A model generated the notes under the pieces. It searched no databases. It was given only the letters and a program-made list of their open reading frames with translations, and was not told the DNA's origin. Position numbers and translations under genes: made by a program. From NCBI GenBank assembly GCA_964426185.1, contig CAYRPF010000070.1, positions 1-13,907 on the forward strand: a stretch of DNA of 13,907 bases, given 5' to 3'. Positions 1-7,986 of the stretch are shown here, in pieces; position 1 is the first letter of the stretch; every line of letters starts with the position of its first letter. This stretch comes from an uncultured archaeon. GTDB lineage: Archaea; Asgardarchaeota; Lokiarchaeia; Sigyniarchaeales; Promethearchaeaceae.

Positions 1-112
1 ACTACGTTATTGCGTTAGTTCTCACCATTAGATTTTCTCAAAAGTTCTATTTGGAGAAATTTTTAAGCGGAATGCTAAACCTTTTTAATGTGGTTTAATT
101 TATTGAAGCTAA

Positions 113-1834
113 ATGTCTCTAGTTATTCGAATTGATTTATCTTCCCAGCAAATTAATTCAGAAGAAATAACTGAAGAACATCCTCTTTATTATTATGCTG
201 GTCGATCTTTAACATCGAAGATTGTTTCAGAGGAAGTTCCACCGCGATCTAATCCTTTAAGTGCTGAAAATAAATTGATTGTGGCTGCTGGATTTCTGAC
301 CGGAACGCCATGTCCCAATTCGGGACGATTTTCAATAGGTGCTAAAAGCCCGCTAACTAATGGGATAAAAGAATCAAATGTCGGAGGCAGAGCTCCTGCA
401 TTAATGGGGCGGCATGATATCCGTGCTTTGATTTTGGAACATATCTCACCTTTTTGGGTAGTTTTAGTTATACAATCAGACGGAAAAGTTATTATTGATT
501 CTGCAAAAGATCTACAAGGCTTAAACAATTATGATTTAGCCGAGAAGCTTATGGAGAAATATGGAAAAAATATAGGAGTTCTTTCTATCGGTGTTGCGGG
601 AGAAAAACAATTAAAGGCCGCTTCTATTGCTTCAATTGATTTGGAAGGTTATCCGTCCAGACATGCTGGAAGGGGAGGGTTGGGTGCAGTCATGGGTTCC
701 AAGAAATTAAAAGCGATTGTGGTGATACCTCCTAAAAAAACTCGATTGACGTACCATGACATTTCCACTTTTAAAACGGAATCGAAAGAATGGGGATTAT
801 CGATTTATAAAGCCAAACGGATGTTATCCAAGTTTGGAACGTTGGTTGGTTTAACCACCATGAATTCTTTGAATGGATTACCCACTCAAAATTTCCGTCA
901 CGGCTCATATGATAAAGCTGAACAGATTAGCGGTGAAGCTTTATTTGATTATATTGAAGAGAATAACGGGAAAAGTGGGATTGCATGTTCTCCCGGATGC
1001 GTGATAAAATGCTCAAACTTGGTTACAAATTCCGAAGGAAAGCATTTAACATCCAGTTTAGAATATGAAACCGTTGCTTTAAACGGTTCTAATTTATTAA
1101 TAGATTCTATTGAAGATCTTGCGGAAATAGATCACGCTTGTGATGATGTGGGTTTAGATACCATTGAATTCGGTAATGCTACAGGAGTATATATGGAATC
1201 CGGTAAAATTGCTTGGGGTGATGCCAAAAAGGTAGTTGAGTTGATTTATGGTATTATGCAAGATAATCCCGATAGTATAACAGTGGCGAATGGAGCAGTT
1301 AATACAGGTAAAATTTTTCAAGTTAATCGAGTAGCACATGTTAAAGGTCAAGGATTTCCAGGATATGATCCACGTTCATTTAAAGCGATGGGAGTAACTT
1401 TCCTCACTTCTCCAATGGGAGCAGATCATACTGCTGGGTCTGCTATTTCGGGCAGAGTTCCTTATCCCGACCGGGAATACGGTAAATTAACAGAATCTGA
1501 TCATAAAGTAGAATTATCTAGGGGATTGCAGATTTTTACCATGATTCATGATTCAATTGGGCAGTGTTTCTTCGTAAATCCGACATATCAATCGACTCCG
1601 CATATTGTAAAGCTTTTAAATGCAAAATATGGTTGGAATTTAACCCCGAATGAATTAATTAACTGGTCAAAATCTTGGTTGAAAATGGAAATAGATTACA
1701 ACACCAAAGTTGGGCTCAAATCAGTGGATAATTTTCCTTCTTTTATTGAGAAGGAATGTCTGGAAGATAATTCTAAGCGTATTTGGGATGTGTCCCGAGA
1801 AGATCTTGAACATATTTGGAATGATCTAAAGTGA
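113..1834 (+). CDS. aor: Aldehyde:ferredoxin oxidoreductase family (tungstopterin, [4Fe-4S]) protein
   Basis: 573 aa. Family motifs: KSPLTNGIKESNVGG, AGRGGLGAVMGSKKLKAI, LPTQNF, Fe-S motif CSPGCVIKC, EYET, DDVGLDTI, VKGQGFPGYDPR, GADHT, and a fourth Cys in DSIGQCFF. Confidence 0.93.
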   Translation: MSLVIRIDLSSQQINSEEITEEHPLYYYAGRSLTSKIVSEEVPPRSNPLSAENKLIVAAGFLTGTPCPNSGRFSIGAKSPLTNGIKESNVGGRAPALMGRHDIRALILEHISPFWVVLVIQSDGKVIIDSAKDLQGLNNYDLAEKLMEKYGKNIGVLSIGVAGEKQLKAASIASIDLEGYPSRHAGRGGLGAVMGSKKLKAIVVIPPKKTRLTYHDISTFKTESKEWGLSIYKAKRMLSKFGTLVGLTTMNSLNGLPTQNFRHGSYDKAEQISGEALFDYIEENNGKSGIACSPGCVIKCSNLVTNSEGKHLTSSLEYETVALNGSNLLIDSIEDLAEIDHACDDVGLDTIEFGNATGVYMESGKIAWGDAKKVVELIYGIMQDNPDSITVANGAVNTGKIFQVNRVAHVKGQGFPGYDPRSFKAMGVTFLTSPMGADHTAGSAISGRVPYPDREYGKLTESDHKVELSRGLQIFTMIHDSIGQCFFVNPTYQSTPHIVKLLNAKYGWNLTPNELINWSKSWLKMEIDYNTKVGLKSVDNFPSFIEKECLEDNSKRIWDVSREDLEHIWNDLK

Positions 1835-2718
1835 AATTTGCTACGCTTTGGAATAATGGACAAGAAGAGTTGGCCGTGCAAATCCAGCAAAATTTTTTTT
1901 TGATTTCGCAAATTAACGCTAAATTTAAGCAAAATTGGCCTACATCATTGGATAAAGTTTTTCAAAGAGATATTTTCGATAATTTATGTACTTGGCTTAA
2001 TAAAAACATTATTAGCAGCTTCAATTTGCTTTCAAAAAAAATACCATTTATTCCATATTCTGAGGCGAATTTTGCACCTCTTTTTAGAAATCCTTCAAAA
2101 ATATGGGGTATTGGATTAAATTATCGAGATCATGCTGCAGATCTTGAAGAGTCCGTTCCCAGTAGATATCCTGCCAGTTTTATCAAAGGTAAGAATACCA
2201 TTATTGGTTTCGGTGAAGCAATTAAAATACCTATTATCTCTGAACGTACCACTGGTGAAGCAGAACTAGGGATAGTTATTAAAACTACTTGCAAGAATGT
2301 TCCTCGGTCAGAATGGAAATCAGTTGTTGCAGGTTTCGTTCCTATTTTAGATATGACAGCGGAGGATATACTGAGACAAAATCCCAGATATCTCACACTC
2401 TGTAAGAATTTCGATACTTTTTTTAGTTTTGGCCCAATTTTAATCACACCGGATGAAATCGCTGATGTTTCACAAATTAAAGTGTCTACTGTAATAAATA
2501 GCCAAGTTTATGCCAACAATATCGTTGCAAACATGACATTTCCTCCGGATTATTTAGTTTCATTCCATAGTAAAGTTATGACTCTCTATCCAGGGGATAT
2601 CATCTCTACTGGAACTCCACGTGCAGTCAAATTATCCCAAGGGGATATATTGGAAAGTCACGTTGATGGATTTCCGCCACTTGTAAACATTGTAGAAGAT
2701 CTTAAAAATTTTTCATAA
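1831..2718 (+). CDS. Fumarylacetoacetate hydrolase (FAH) family protein
   Basis: Motifs KIWGIGLNYRDH, GEAELGIVI, LDMTAED, KNFDTFFSFGP and LYPGDIISTGTP. The GTG start overlaps the aor stop (GTGA, 1831-1834). Confidence 0.92.
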   Translation: MKFATLWNNGQEELAVQIQQNFFLISQINAKFKQNWPTSLDKVFQRDIFDNLCTWLNKNIISSFNLLSKKIPFIPYSEANFAPLFRNPSKIWGIGLNYRDHAADLEESVPSRYPASFIKGKNTIIGFGEAIKIPIISERTTGEAELGIVIKTTCKNVPRSEWKSVVAGFVPILDMTAEDILRQNPRYLTLCKNFDTFFSFGPILITPDEIADVSQIKVSTVINSQVYANNIVANMTFPPDYLVSFHSKVMTLYPGDIISTGTPRAVKLSQGDILESHVDGFPPLVNIVEDLKNFS

Positions 2719-3343
2719 TCTTGTAAATTTGAACAAGAACTCTTTTTTGTTGATTATTAGATAGCGAATCCCAATTCGAGGGTAGATTTGACCAAGTCAC
2801 CTTGTAGAATTCGTATTCCATCCTTCTTTCATCTAAGGTTAAATTTTCTACTATTTCCTTGGATATTTCAAGTATATTCGATGGTTTCTCTGAAATATCG
2901 GATGTTTTAGATATATCGGATAATAATTCATGTATCACGTTACATGTAGAATTCATTTGGTTTAATTGCTTATGATCTTCCAAGATACAGTATATTAAGG
3001 GGAAAAATCGGCATTGTGCCGGCCGTGCTGTGTATACCTCACATAATTTAATTTTGGGATTATAAAACGGACATCCCTTCTGATTTGTCATCTGTAAGGC
3101 AAAAATTGGCAGAAAAATGGTTGTTCCAGTTGGTTCCAAATTATTATCCCGCACATGGTATTCGTATTCAACTATTTTCAAATATCTGTTGATGAATTTA
3201 TTTTCTGAGTATCCTAAAAATATATTTAAGCGAAAAAAATCATTAGGATAAAGGAAAACATCTCCTGATTGTGTTGCACTGCAACAAGCTCCACAAAGAG
3301 CACATTTCTTGAGGTAATGATCTTGATTGAAATTAACAACCAT
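2702..3343 (-). CDS. YkgJ-family (CxxCxxCC) Zn/Fe-chelating cysteine-cluster protein
   Basis: CALCGACC near the N-terminus, GCPFY...LCEVYTARPAQCRFFP, and a further distal Cys. Its 3' end overlaps the convergent FAH gene by 17 nt. Confidence 0.9.
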   Translation of the reverse strand: MVVNFNQDHYLKKCALCGACCSATQSGDVFLYPNDFFRLNIFLGYSENKFINRYLKIVEYEYHVRDNNLEPTGTTIFLPIFALQMTNQKGCPFYNPKIKLCEVYTARPAQCRFFPLIYCILEDHKQLNQMNSTCNVIHELLSDISKTSDISEKPSNILEISKEIVENLTLDERRMEYEFYKVTWSNLPSNWDSLSNNQQKRVLVQIYKIMKNF

Positions 3344-3429
3344 TAATTTTGTTAAAAGTAGCGAAAAATATTTTATTTTCTATAAGCAGAAATTTGTTAA
3401 TTTGAAAAATATTAAAATGAATCAGGATT

Positions 3430-4152
3430 ATGCAAACTTCAAAATTTACTGGTTGTGCGAAAATTGCAATTATCGCCAATTTTCCTAATGAAATACGAGA
3501 TAGGGCCAAAAGGTTCTTCCAACAAGTGTTTAAACCTTTTTCTGACAAATTAGAATGGGAATATATTTCGTATAGGGATTTATTAGATGAAAAAAATTTC
3601 AACAAAGCCAAAAAAAAAGATGCGCTTATTTTATCCAGTTCGGATTTTATTATCAGCGATCCTATTGTTCAGGAAAAAATGTTGGTTGAAATGTATCTGA
3701 TTAGGCAGTTTAAAGGACCAATTTTTGGGATGTGTTTTGGACATCATTTATTAGAATTCATGTACGGTGCTGATGTTACCGAGCAAATTCCGGTTGATTT
3801 TTTTAACAGCCAAGATTTAATTTCCATTGATTGGCAAAATAGCAGTAAATTGGAGGAAAAACACGAAAAAGACCATAAAAAACCATCATCAACCGATATA
3901 AAATTTTCTCCTAAAATTGAGGAAAATATTGGAAAAATTGTCAACCATCCATCAAAAATTGATTACATCCCTCTATTTCGCGATGATTTTTCAATTTATG
4001 ATCTTGCTCCCCAAGCCAAAGTTTATGCCAAACAACATAAATCACTGCCAATCTATGGTGTAGATTTAGGTATGAATGAAAATTCACCCGAGATTGCCTT
4101 CGCAACAGCAGTAAATGTGCTCCAGAAATTTATTACTTATTTCTTCAAATAA
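3430..4152 (+). CDS. Class I glutamine amidotransferase-like protein, probably catalytically degenerate
   Basis: DALILSSS (cf. DgiilSGG) and nucleophile elbow PIFGMCFGHHLL are present. The C-terminal KSLPIYGVDLG replaces the usual YGvQFHPE. Confidence 0.75.
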   Translation: MQTSKFTGCAKIAIIANFPNEIRDRAKRFFQQVFKPFSDKLEWEYISYRDLLDEKNFNKAKKKDALILSSSDFIISDPIVQEKMLVEMYLIRQFKGPIFGMCFGHHLLEFMYGADVTEQIPVDFFNSQDLISIDWQNSSKLEEKHEKDHKKPSSTDIKFSPKIEENIGKIVNHPSKIDYIPLFRDDFSIYDLAPQAKVYAKQHKSLPIYGVDLGMNENSPEIAFATAVNVLQKFITYFFK

Positions 4153-4162
4153 GAAATTATTA

Positions 4163-4169
4163 TTTTTTT
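4163..4169 (+). terminator. Putative archaeal oligo-T terminator of the GATase-like gene
   Basis: T7 run about 10 nt after the stop at 4152. Confidence 0.4.
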
Positions 4170-4352
4170 ATTGAAATTTATATCCAAAATTCTAATTTCT
4201 CTATTTTCCGATAGTATTGAACAATCTACAATACAATCAAGCAGCAAAGTATTGACGATTGCTTGGTGTTACAATGTAATAGCCGAATGGATTAATTTAT
4301 GGGATGCAATCATGCCAACAATTCTTAGCACAATAAGAAATAAAAAATTTGC

Positions 4353-4363
4353 AAAAAAAAAAA
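4353..4363 (-). terminator. Putative oligo-T terminator of the small zinc-finger gene
   Basis: A11 on the + strand is T11 on the - strand, about 42 nt after the stop at 4406. Confidence 0.45.
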
Positions 4364-4405
4364 TAGTGATAATTCTAAATGATTTTTGACATATATGGAT
4401 AGATG

Positions 4406-4579
4406 TTATTTAGAATTATTGCATGTAAAGTCCTCAAAACACTGTTTATGATACCATTTCTCCATTTGGGCATGGTAGAAGAGATATTCACCTTCAATTT
4501 GATGACATAGCACACATGGTTCTTGTTTCTTAACAATAATGTTGTTTTGGTTGTTATTTTGAGAGATCATATCTTCCAT
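4406..4579 (-). CDS. Uncalled 57-aa zinc-finger microprotein (C-x2-C-x18-H-x2-C; half-LIM/treble-clef-like)
   Basis: Manual translation: MEDMISQNNNQNNIIVKKQEPCVLCHQIEGEYLFYHAQMEKWYHKQCFEDFTCNNSK*. SD-like GGAGATGA lies 7 nt upstream of the ATG and a T11 run lies downstream. Confidence 0.75.
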   Translation of the reverse strand: MEDMISQNNNQNNIIVKKQEPCVLCHQIEGEYLFYHAQMEKWYHKQCFEDFTCNNSK

Positions 4580-4586
4580 TCTTTAA

Positions 4587-4594
4587 TCATCTCC
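4587..4594 (-). promoter_or_regulatory. Shine-Dalgarno-like site (GGAGATGA) of the 57-aa ORF
   Basis: One mismatch to the archaeal consensus GGAGGTGA, with 7-nt spacing to the ATG at 4579. Confidence 0.6.
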
Positions 4595-4763
4595 ATTTTA
4601 AAAATGTCGGTTATTGTTGGATAATCAAACAAATCACTGATAATTTCTATTAGATCGTACCCAAATAAAAGAATTTCGTTGCAAAAGAATTTAAGTCATG
4701 CAATTCTGAATGTTAGCAAGAAATTATGCAATCTCCGACAATAAAAATTTGTCTAATTTAATA

Positions 4764-4871
4764 ATAGTGTTATAATGAGATCCTTTGATTAGAACAAGGC
4801 GTTTTAAAATGTTATTTGGAAATGAATTATATATTTCATATACTTGGTTGAAAAGAATAATGCGATCGGCG
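4764..4871 (-). pseudogene. Decayed partial copy of the alpha/beta hydrolase 3' region
   Basis: Ungapped 108-bp match to 6071-6178 with 18 mismatches by hand count (about 83% identity). It encodes ADRIILFNQVYEIYNSFPNNILKRLVLIKGSHYNTI versus ADRIIPFNQAQEIYKTLPNNIFKRLVPIKGAHHNTI. Confidence 0.85.
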
Positions 4872-4976
4872 CTATCATGCTTAATGTTATGAAAAATTGA
4901 ATTTTGTATATTGAAAAAATGAAATTTAGAAATTGAGAATAACATTTTTATAGGTGAAAAATATATATCGAATGAA

Positions 4977-5990
4977 ATGGATTCCAGTAAAGGATTGAAT
5001 AAGAAAGTATTCTATCTCGCAATTATTATATTGATTCCTTCATTTTTGCATAACCTTTATTTTGTAAAAGCAAATCCTGTTCCAACTGAACCTTATTTTG
5101 GTAAATTACTAGTTGGATTATTTAATAATGGAACAAATGTACAACATGTTCGTTCTAATGTTTCTATAGATGTATATGATTTTGAATCTAAGGGACATGG
5201 AGATTATTTACTTAGAAATCATAACAATACATTAGTTAATGTACCGATTTGTTTTGTTACTGGTCCGATTTTCTATGATTACGAAAATAAGAATATATCA
5301 GTAAAAGTAAATGGAACCCCAATCACAGGAAATTCTTACAATTTTTGGGAAATGTCTTGGTTTGAAATAAATAACACATTTGAAGAAGAGGATTTGCGAG
5401 AATATCTCCAAAGTATTGGGATGGATTATTTCGAAAAAGAAATAAAGGTTTTTACTATTGAGATTCCTGCTTCAAGTGATATTCTATTCTCTGTAGATTG
5501 GAATTTTATATCGGGAACCATTGTTAAAGATTATCCACTTGGATTTTTCAGCCCGACTAGGGAATTGCTCTATTATTATTATACAGGATATACTATTAAT
5601 GGCGGTGAAAATTGGAACAATCAACCGATTCTTTCTGAAAAAATTTCGTTTTACTTTCATACAGATAAATTTTTTATTGGTGAACATAAAATTTTAACAA
5701 ACATCTCTAAAGATCCTTGGAAAGAGTTTAAAATTGATAATTATCAAGCCCAATGGGAATTTCTAATTGAAAATGGAGAAATAGAGACAAATTTGCAATC
5801 TGAAAATGGAATTCCTACATATGAATTGGAATATTTCGATATTTTTGATGATATTTACATTAATATTTTTAATGTCAAATCTAATACTGTTCTATCCATT
5901 ACGGGTTATTTCCTTATAGGAATTTTGGGCGCAGGAATGGTACTTATTATCATCATAATAAAAAATAAGAAATTTTCAAAAGAAAAATAA
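4977..5990 (+). CDS. Secreted, C-terminally membrane-anchored protein, DUF4424-like
   Basis: Signal peptide (KKVFYLAIIILIPSF...VKA/NPVP), beta-rich ectodomain with several N-x-S/T sequons, YTINGGENW..QPI (resembles the DUF4424 Y.l.tG..W.gpI pattern), and a C-terminal TM helix with a Lys-rich tail. Confidence 0.7.
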   Translation: MDSSKGLNKKVFYLAIIILIPSFLHNLYFVKANPVPTEPYFGKLLVGLFNNGTNVQHVRSNVSIDVYDFESKGHGDYLLRNHNNTLVNVPICFVTGPIFYDYENKNISVKVNGTPITGNSYNFWEMSWFEINNTFEEEDLREYLQSIGMDYFEKEIKVFTIEIPASSDILFSVDWNFISGTIVKDYPLGFFSPTRELLYYYYTGYTINGGENWNNQPILSEKISFYFHTDKFFIGEHKILTNISKDPWKEFKIDNYQAQWEFLIENGEIETNLQSENGIPTYELEYFDIFDDIYINIFNVKSNTVLSITGYFLIGILGAGMVLIIIIIKNKKFSKEK

Positions 5991-5997
5991 TTAACAA

Positions 5998-6804
5998 TTA
6001 AGAAGATGGAAAGAAAACACGACGACAAAAAACATTTAATTCATCAAAATACTCTTCTGTGAAAGTATGTATGGTGTTATGATGAGCCCCTTTAATAGGA
6101 ACAAGGCGTTTAAATATGTTATTTGGAAGTGTTTTATATATTTCTTGCGCTTGGTTGAAAGGAATAATGCGATCAGCGGTTCCATGAAGAATCAAAGTGG
6201 GTTTCTCGATTTTTGCTAATCTAGGTTTTGCTGTATAAGGTAATAAATCTTCATGTGAAATACCCGATAGATTTATCCCAAAAATTGTTTGAAAGAGCGT
6301 ATAAGAATCTGCAAATCCTGAATCAAAAATAATTCCCAGTATGTTGTCAAATCTATGAGCTCCAATTTCTGCGGCACAAATACTTCCTAAAGATCTTCCT
6401 AAAACAAATATTTTTGTTGAGAAGTTTTTTTCTTCCAAGAAGACAGTAAATTTATTAAAAATTTGAACTGCATCCGTAATTAAATTAAGATAATTTAGTG
6501 TTCCAGTGCTCCATCCATACCCCCTGAAATCAATCACTCCCACATTTACCCCGCAGCTCAAATATTCTTCTATCCCCATGCTATAATCACAAGCAATTTC
6601 CCCGTTTCCGTGAAAGATAAGCATGGTGGGATTTTCCGATTCATTTCCAAAAAATAGTCCGCCAATTGAAATACCTGAATTGATGACAAAATTAAGAATT
6701 TCAGCATTGAATTCCTCTGAACTTGGTTCAGCCATTTGTCGCGGATGAAATAAGCGTTCGGAAACGAAAGAACTGCATAAATAATCTTCTAACGAAAAAT
6801 TCAT
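5998..6804 (-). CDS. Alpha/beta hydrolase, ABHD13/ABHD17/Bem46-like serine hydrolase
   Basis: Motifs FHGNGE, DFRGYGWSTG, nucleophile GRSLG, acid LHGTADRII and base GAHHN. The Ser-Asp-His triad is complete. Confidence 0.92.
   Translation of the reverse strand: MNFSLEDYLCSSFVSERLFHPRQMAEPSSEEFNAEILNFVINSGISIGGLFFGNESENPTMLIFHGNGEIACDYSMGIEEYLSCGVNVGVIDFRGYGWSTGTLNYLNLITDAVQIFNKFTVFLEEKNFSTKIFVLGRSLGSICAAEIGAHRFDNILGIIFDSGFADSYTLFQTIFGINLSGISHEDLLPYTAKPRLAKIEKPTLILHGTADRIIPFNQAQEIYKTLPNNIFKRLVPIKGAHHNTIHTFTEEYFDELNVFCRRVFFPSS
6071..6178. repeat. Second, intact copy of the 108-bp direct repeat (partner 4764-4871)
   Basis: Same orientation, offset 1307 bp. Confidence 0.85.
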
Positions 6805-6933
6805 TGTTATAAATTTAATATTGTGTAAGAAAATAAAAATTTTGAATTGTATAAATAAGTATAAATGATCTTTTGACCAAAATTATATGTGAAGTAAAAT
6901 CTCAGAACTAAGGTATGTCTTCTACACAAATTT

Positions 6934-6949
6934 ATGCAGATGTCTGCAT
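6934..6949. promoter_or_regulatory. 7-2-7 inverted repeat ATGCAGA-TG-TCTGCAT, candidate operator in a divergent promoter
   Basis: Perfect 7-bp arms, relatively GC-rich within the AT-rich 6805-7014 spacer. Confidence 0.4.
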
Positions 6950-7014
6950 TTTCTAGTATTTTATCATTATTTGGTGATTTATGGAAATACAATTACTAAA
7001 ACGGGGAATATCTA

Positions 7015-7872
7015 ATGTTTCAATTAAATGAAAATAAACGAGAGAAAAAATGGGGTTTTATATTCATGGGAATTTATATATCCATCTTTCTTTTTTATCT
7101 CTTTTTCGATGGCTGGCATTTTGAATGGCTTCATTATGGATACAAAGGAGAAAATCAGCACTTTGATTTCAATATTTTTGGGGATATGAAATGGGATATT
7201 ATCAACGGTGAAAGAATTTACTATTCGACAAATAATCTGCATAATTTAGTATATATATGCTATTGGACAGGTACAATTTCGTATCTGGCTCTAATTACTG
7301 GAAATAAATGGTTAAGACAAGGTTCAGTGGCAACAATGGCATTCCCTGTCATTTCAGCATTCAGTACTATTAATCCATTTGTGGCTTCTGATATTTTTAC
7401 TACGGATATATTCTATTATCACTCGTATATTCTTCAAATTGTTTATGATATAAATCATATTTGCGGAATTATCATGGGTGTTTATAACTACAACATTTTA
7501 AATAAAAGCAATGAGAATATAGATTTTAAAAAAATTACTCCAACAATTTTGTTTACTTGGCTGCTTTTTATTCTAGCGCGGGTGTTTCTGCAGAAATGGC
7601 CATTTTGGGAACATGATCATGAATTAGGGATGATTTCTACTAACCAAATAAACAATATGCCCTTTGTTTTTTACGGATTAGAATATATTATTGTAATAGC
7701 ACTATTGTACTTAATCAATGGGCTTCTTTATTGGCTAGCTCCGAAAATTAAACGGAGTTGGGCACAAACTATGATTCCATTCTTGGTATTTGCGGTTTTA
7801 ACCATTATTCTTGTTCAAGTTGGTTTAATAGAACTTCAAGAAATACCATATACTGCATTTGTTCAAAATTAG
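7015..7872 (+). CDS. Polytopic membrane protein, YwaF/TMEM164-like (possible Cys/His intramembrane acyltransferase or hydrolase)
   Basis: About 6-7 hydrophobic segments. The pattern NLVYIC(82)YW...LALITGNKWL...SAFSTINP...DINH(148)ICG resembles the YwaF/TMEM164 layout. Family judged by eye only. Confidence 0.55.
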   Translation: MFQLNENKREKKWGFIFMGIYISIFLFYLFFDGWHFEWLHYGYKGENQHFDFNIFGDMKWDIINGERIYYSTNNLHNLVYICYWTGTISYLALITGNKWLRQGSVATMAFPVISAFSTINPFVASDIFTTDIFYYHSYILQIVYDINHICGIIMGVYNYNILNKSNENIDFKKITPTILFTWLLFILARVFLQKWPFWEHDHELGMISTNQINNMPFVFYGLEYIIVIALLYLINGLLYWLAPKIKRSWAQTMIPFLVFAVLTIILVQVGLIELQEIPYTAFVQN

Positions 7873-7986
7873 GTGTAAATATTTTTTTGTAATATTAATA
7901 TGTCCAATGAAAGCACAATTTTAATAATTTCAACATCTAATTACATTTAGTTAAGAAAAAATGTTTTGTAATAGTGAGAATTAACA

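Noticed and set aside
1-28. Minus-strand ATG at 28 as the start of a gene leaving the window
   Set aside because: The frame stops after 8 codons (MVRTNAIT*).
3333-3611. 92-aa minus-strand ORF, representative of the other shadow ORFs (193-528, 1154-1351, 1696-1932, 2130-2447, 3744-3944, 5484-5687, 7024-7242, 8172-8432, 10203-10535, 10471-10692, 10764-11003, 10926-11114, 12600-12788)
   Set aside because: They are antisense or out-of-frame overlaps of well-supported genes and have no motifs of their own.
4214-4265. Short alternative stems (GTATTG/CAATAC, CAAGCA/TGCTTG) suggesting an ncRNA or riboswitch
   Set aside because: Only ~6-bp stems in AT-rich DNA, downstream of both flanking genes, with no known RNA family motif.
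4171-4389. 72-aa + strand ORF
   Set aside because: TTG start directly after a T-tract, no SD, no motif, and it reads through an A11 run. It lies between convergent terminators and is probably spurious.
4570-4695. Minus-strand frame containing ISDLFDYPTITDI, similar to the end of an acyl/peptidyl carrier domain
   Set aside because: No start codon before the motif, an in-frame TGA upstream, no DSL/GxDS phosphopantetheine site and no visible SECIS. Probably coincidence.
4724-4945. 73-aa ORF as an independent gene
   Set aside because: Its only recognisable part is the decayed hydrolase duplicate, which lacks the nucleophile motif and has an altered catalytic-His motif. Treated as a pseudogene fragment.
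6807-6992. 61-aa minus-strand ORF in the divergent spacer
   Set aside because: It covers the probable promoter elements, has AT-driven composition and shows no motif.
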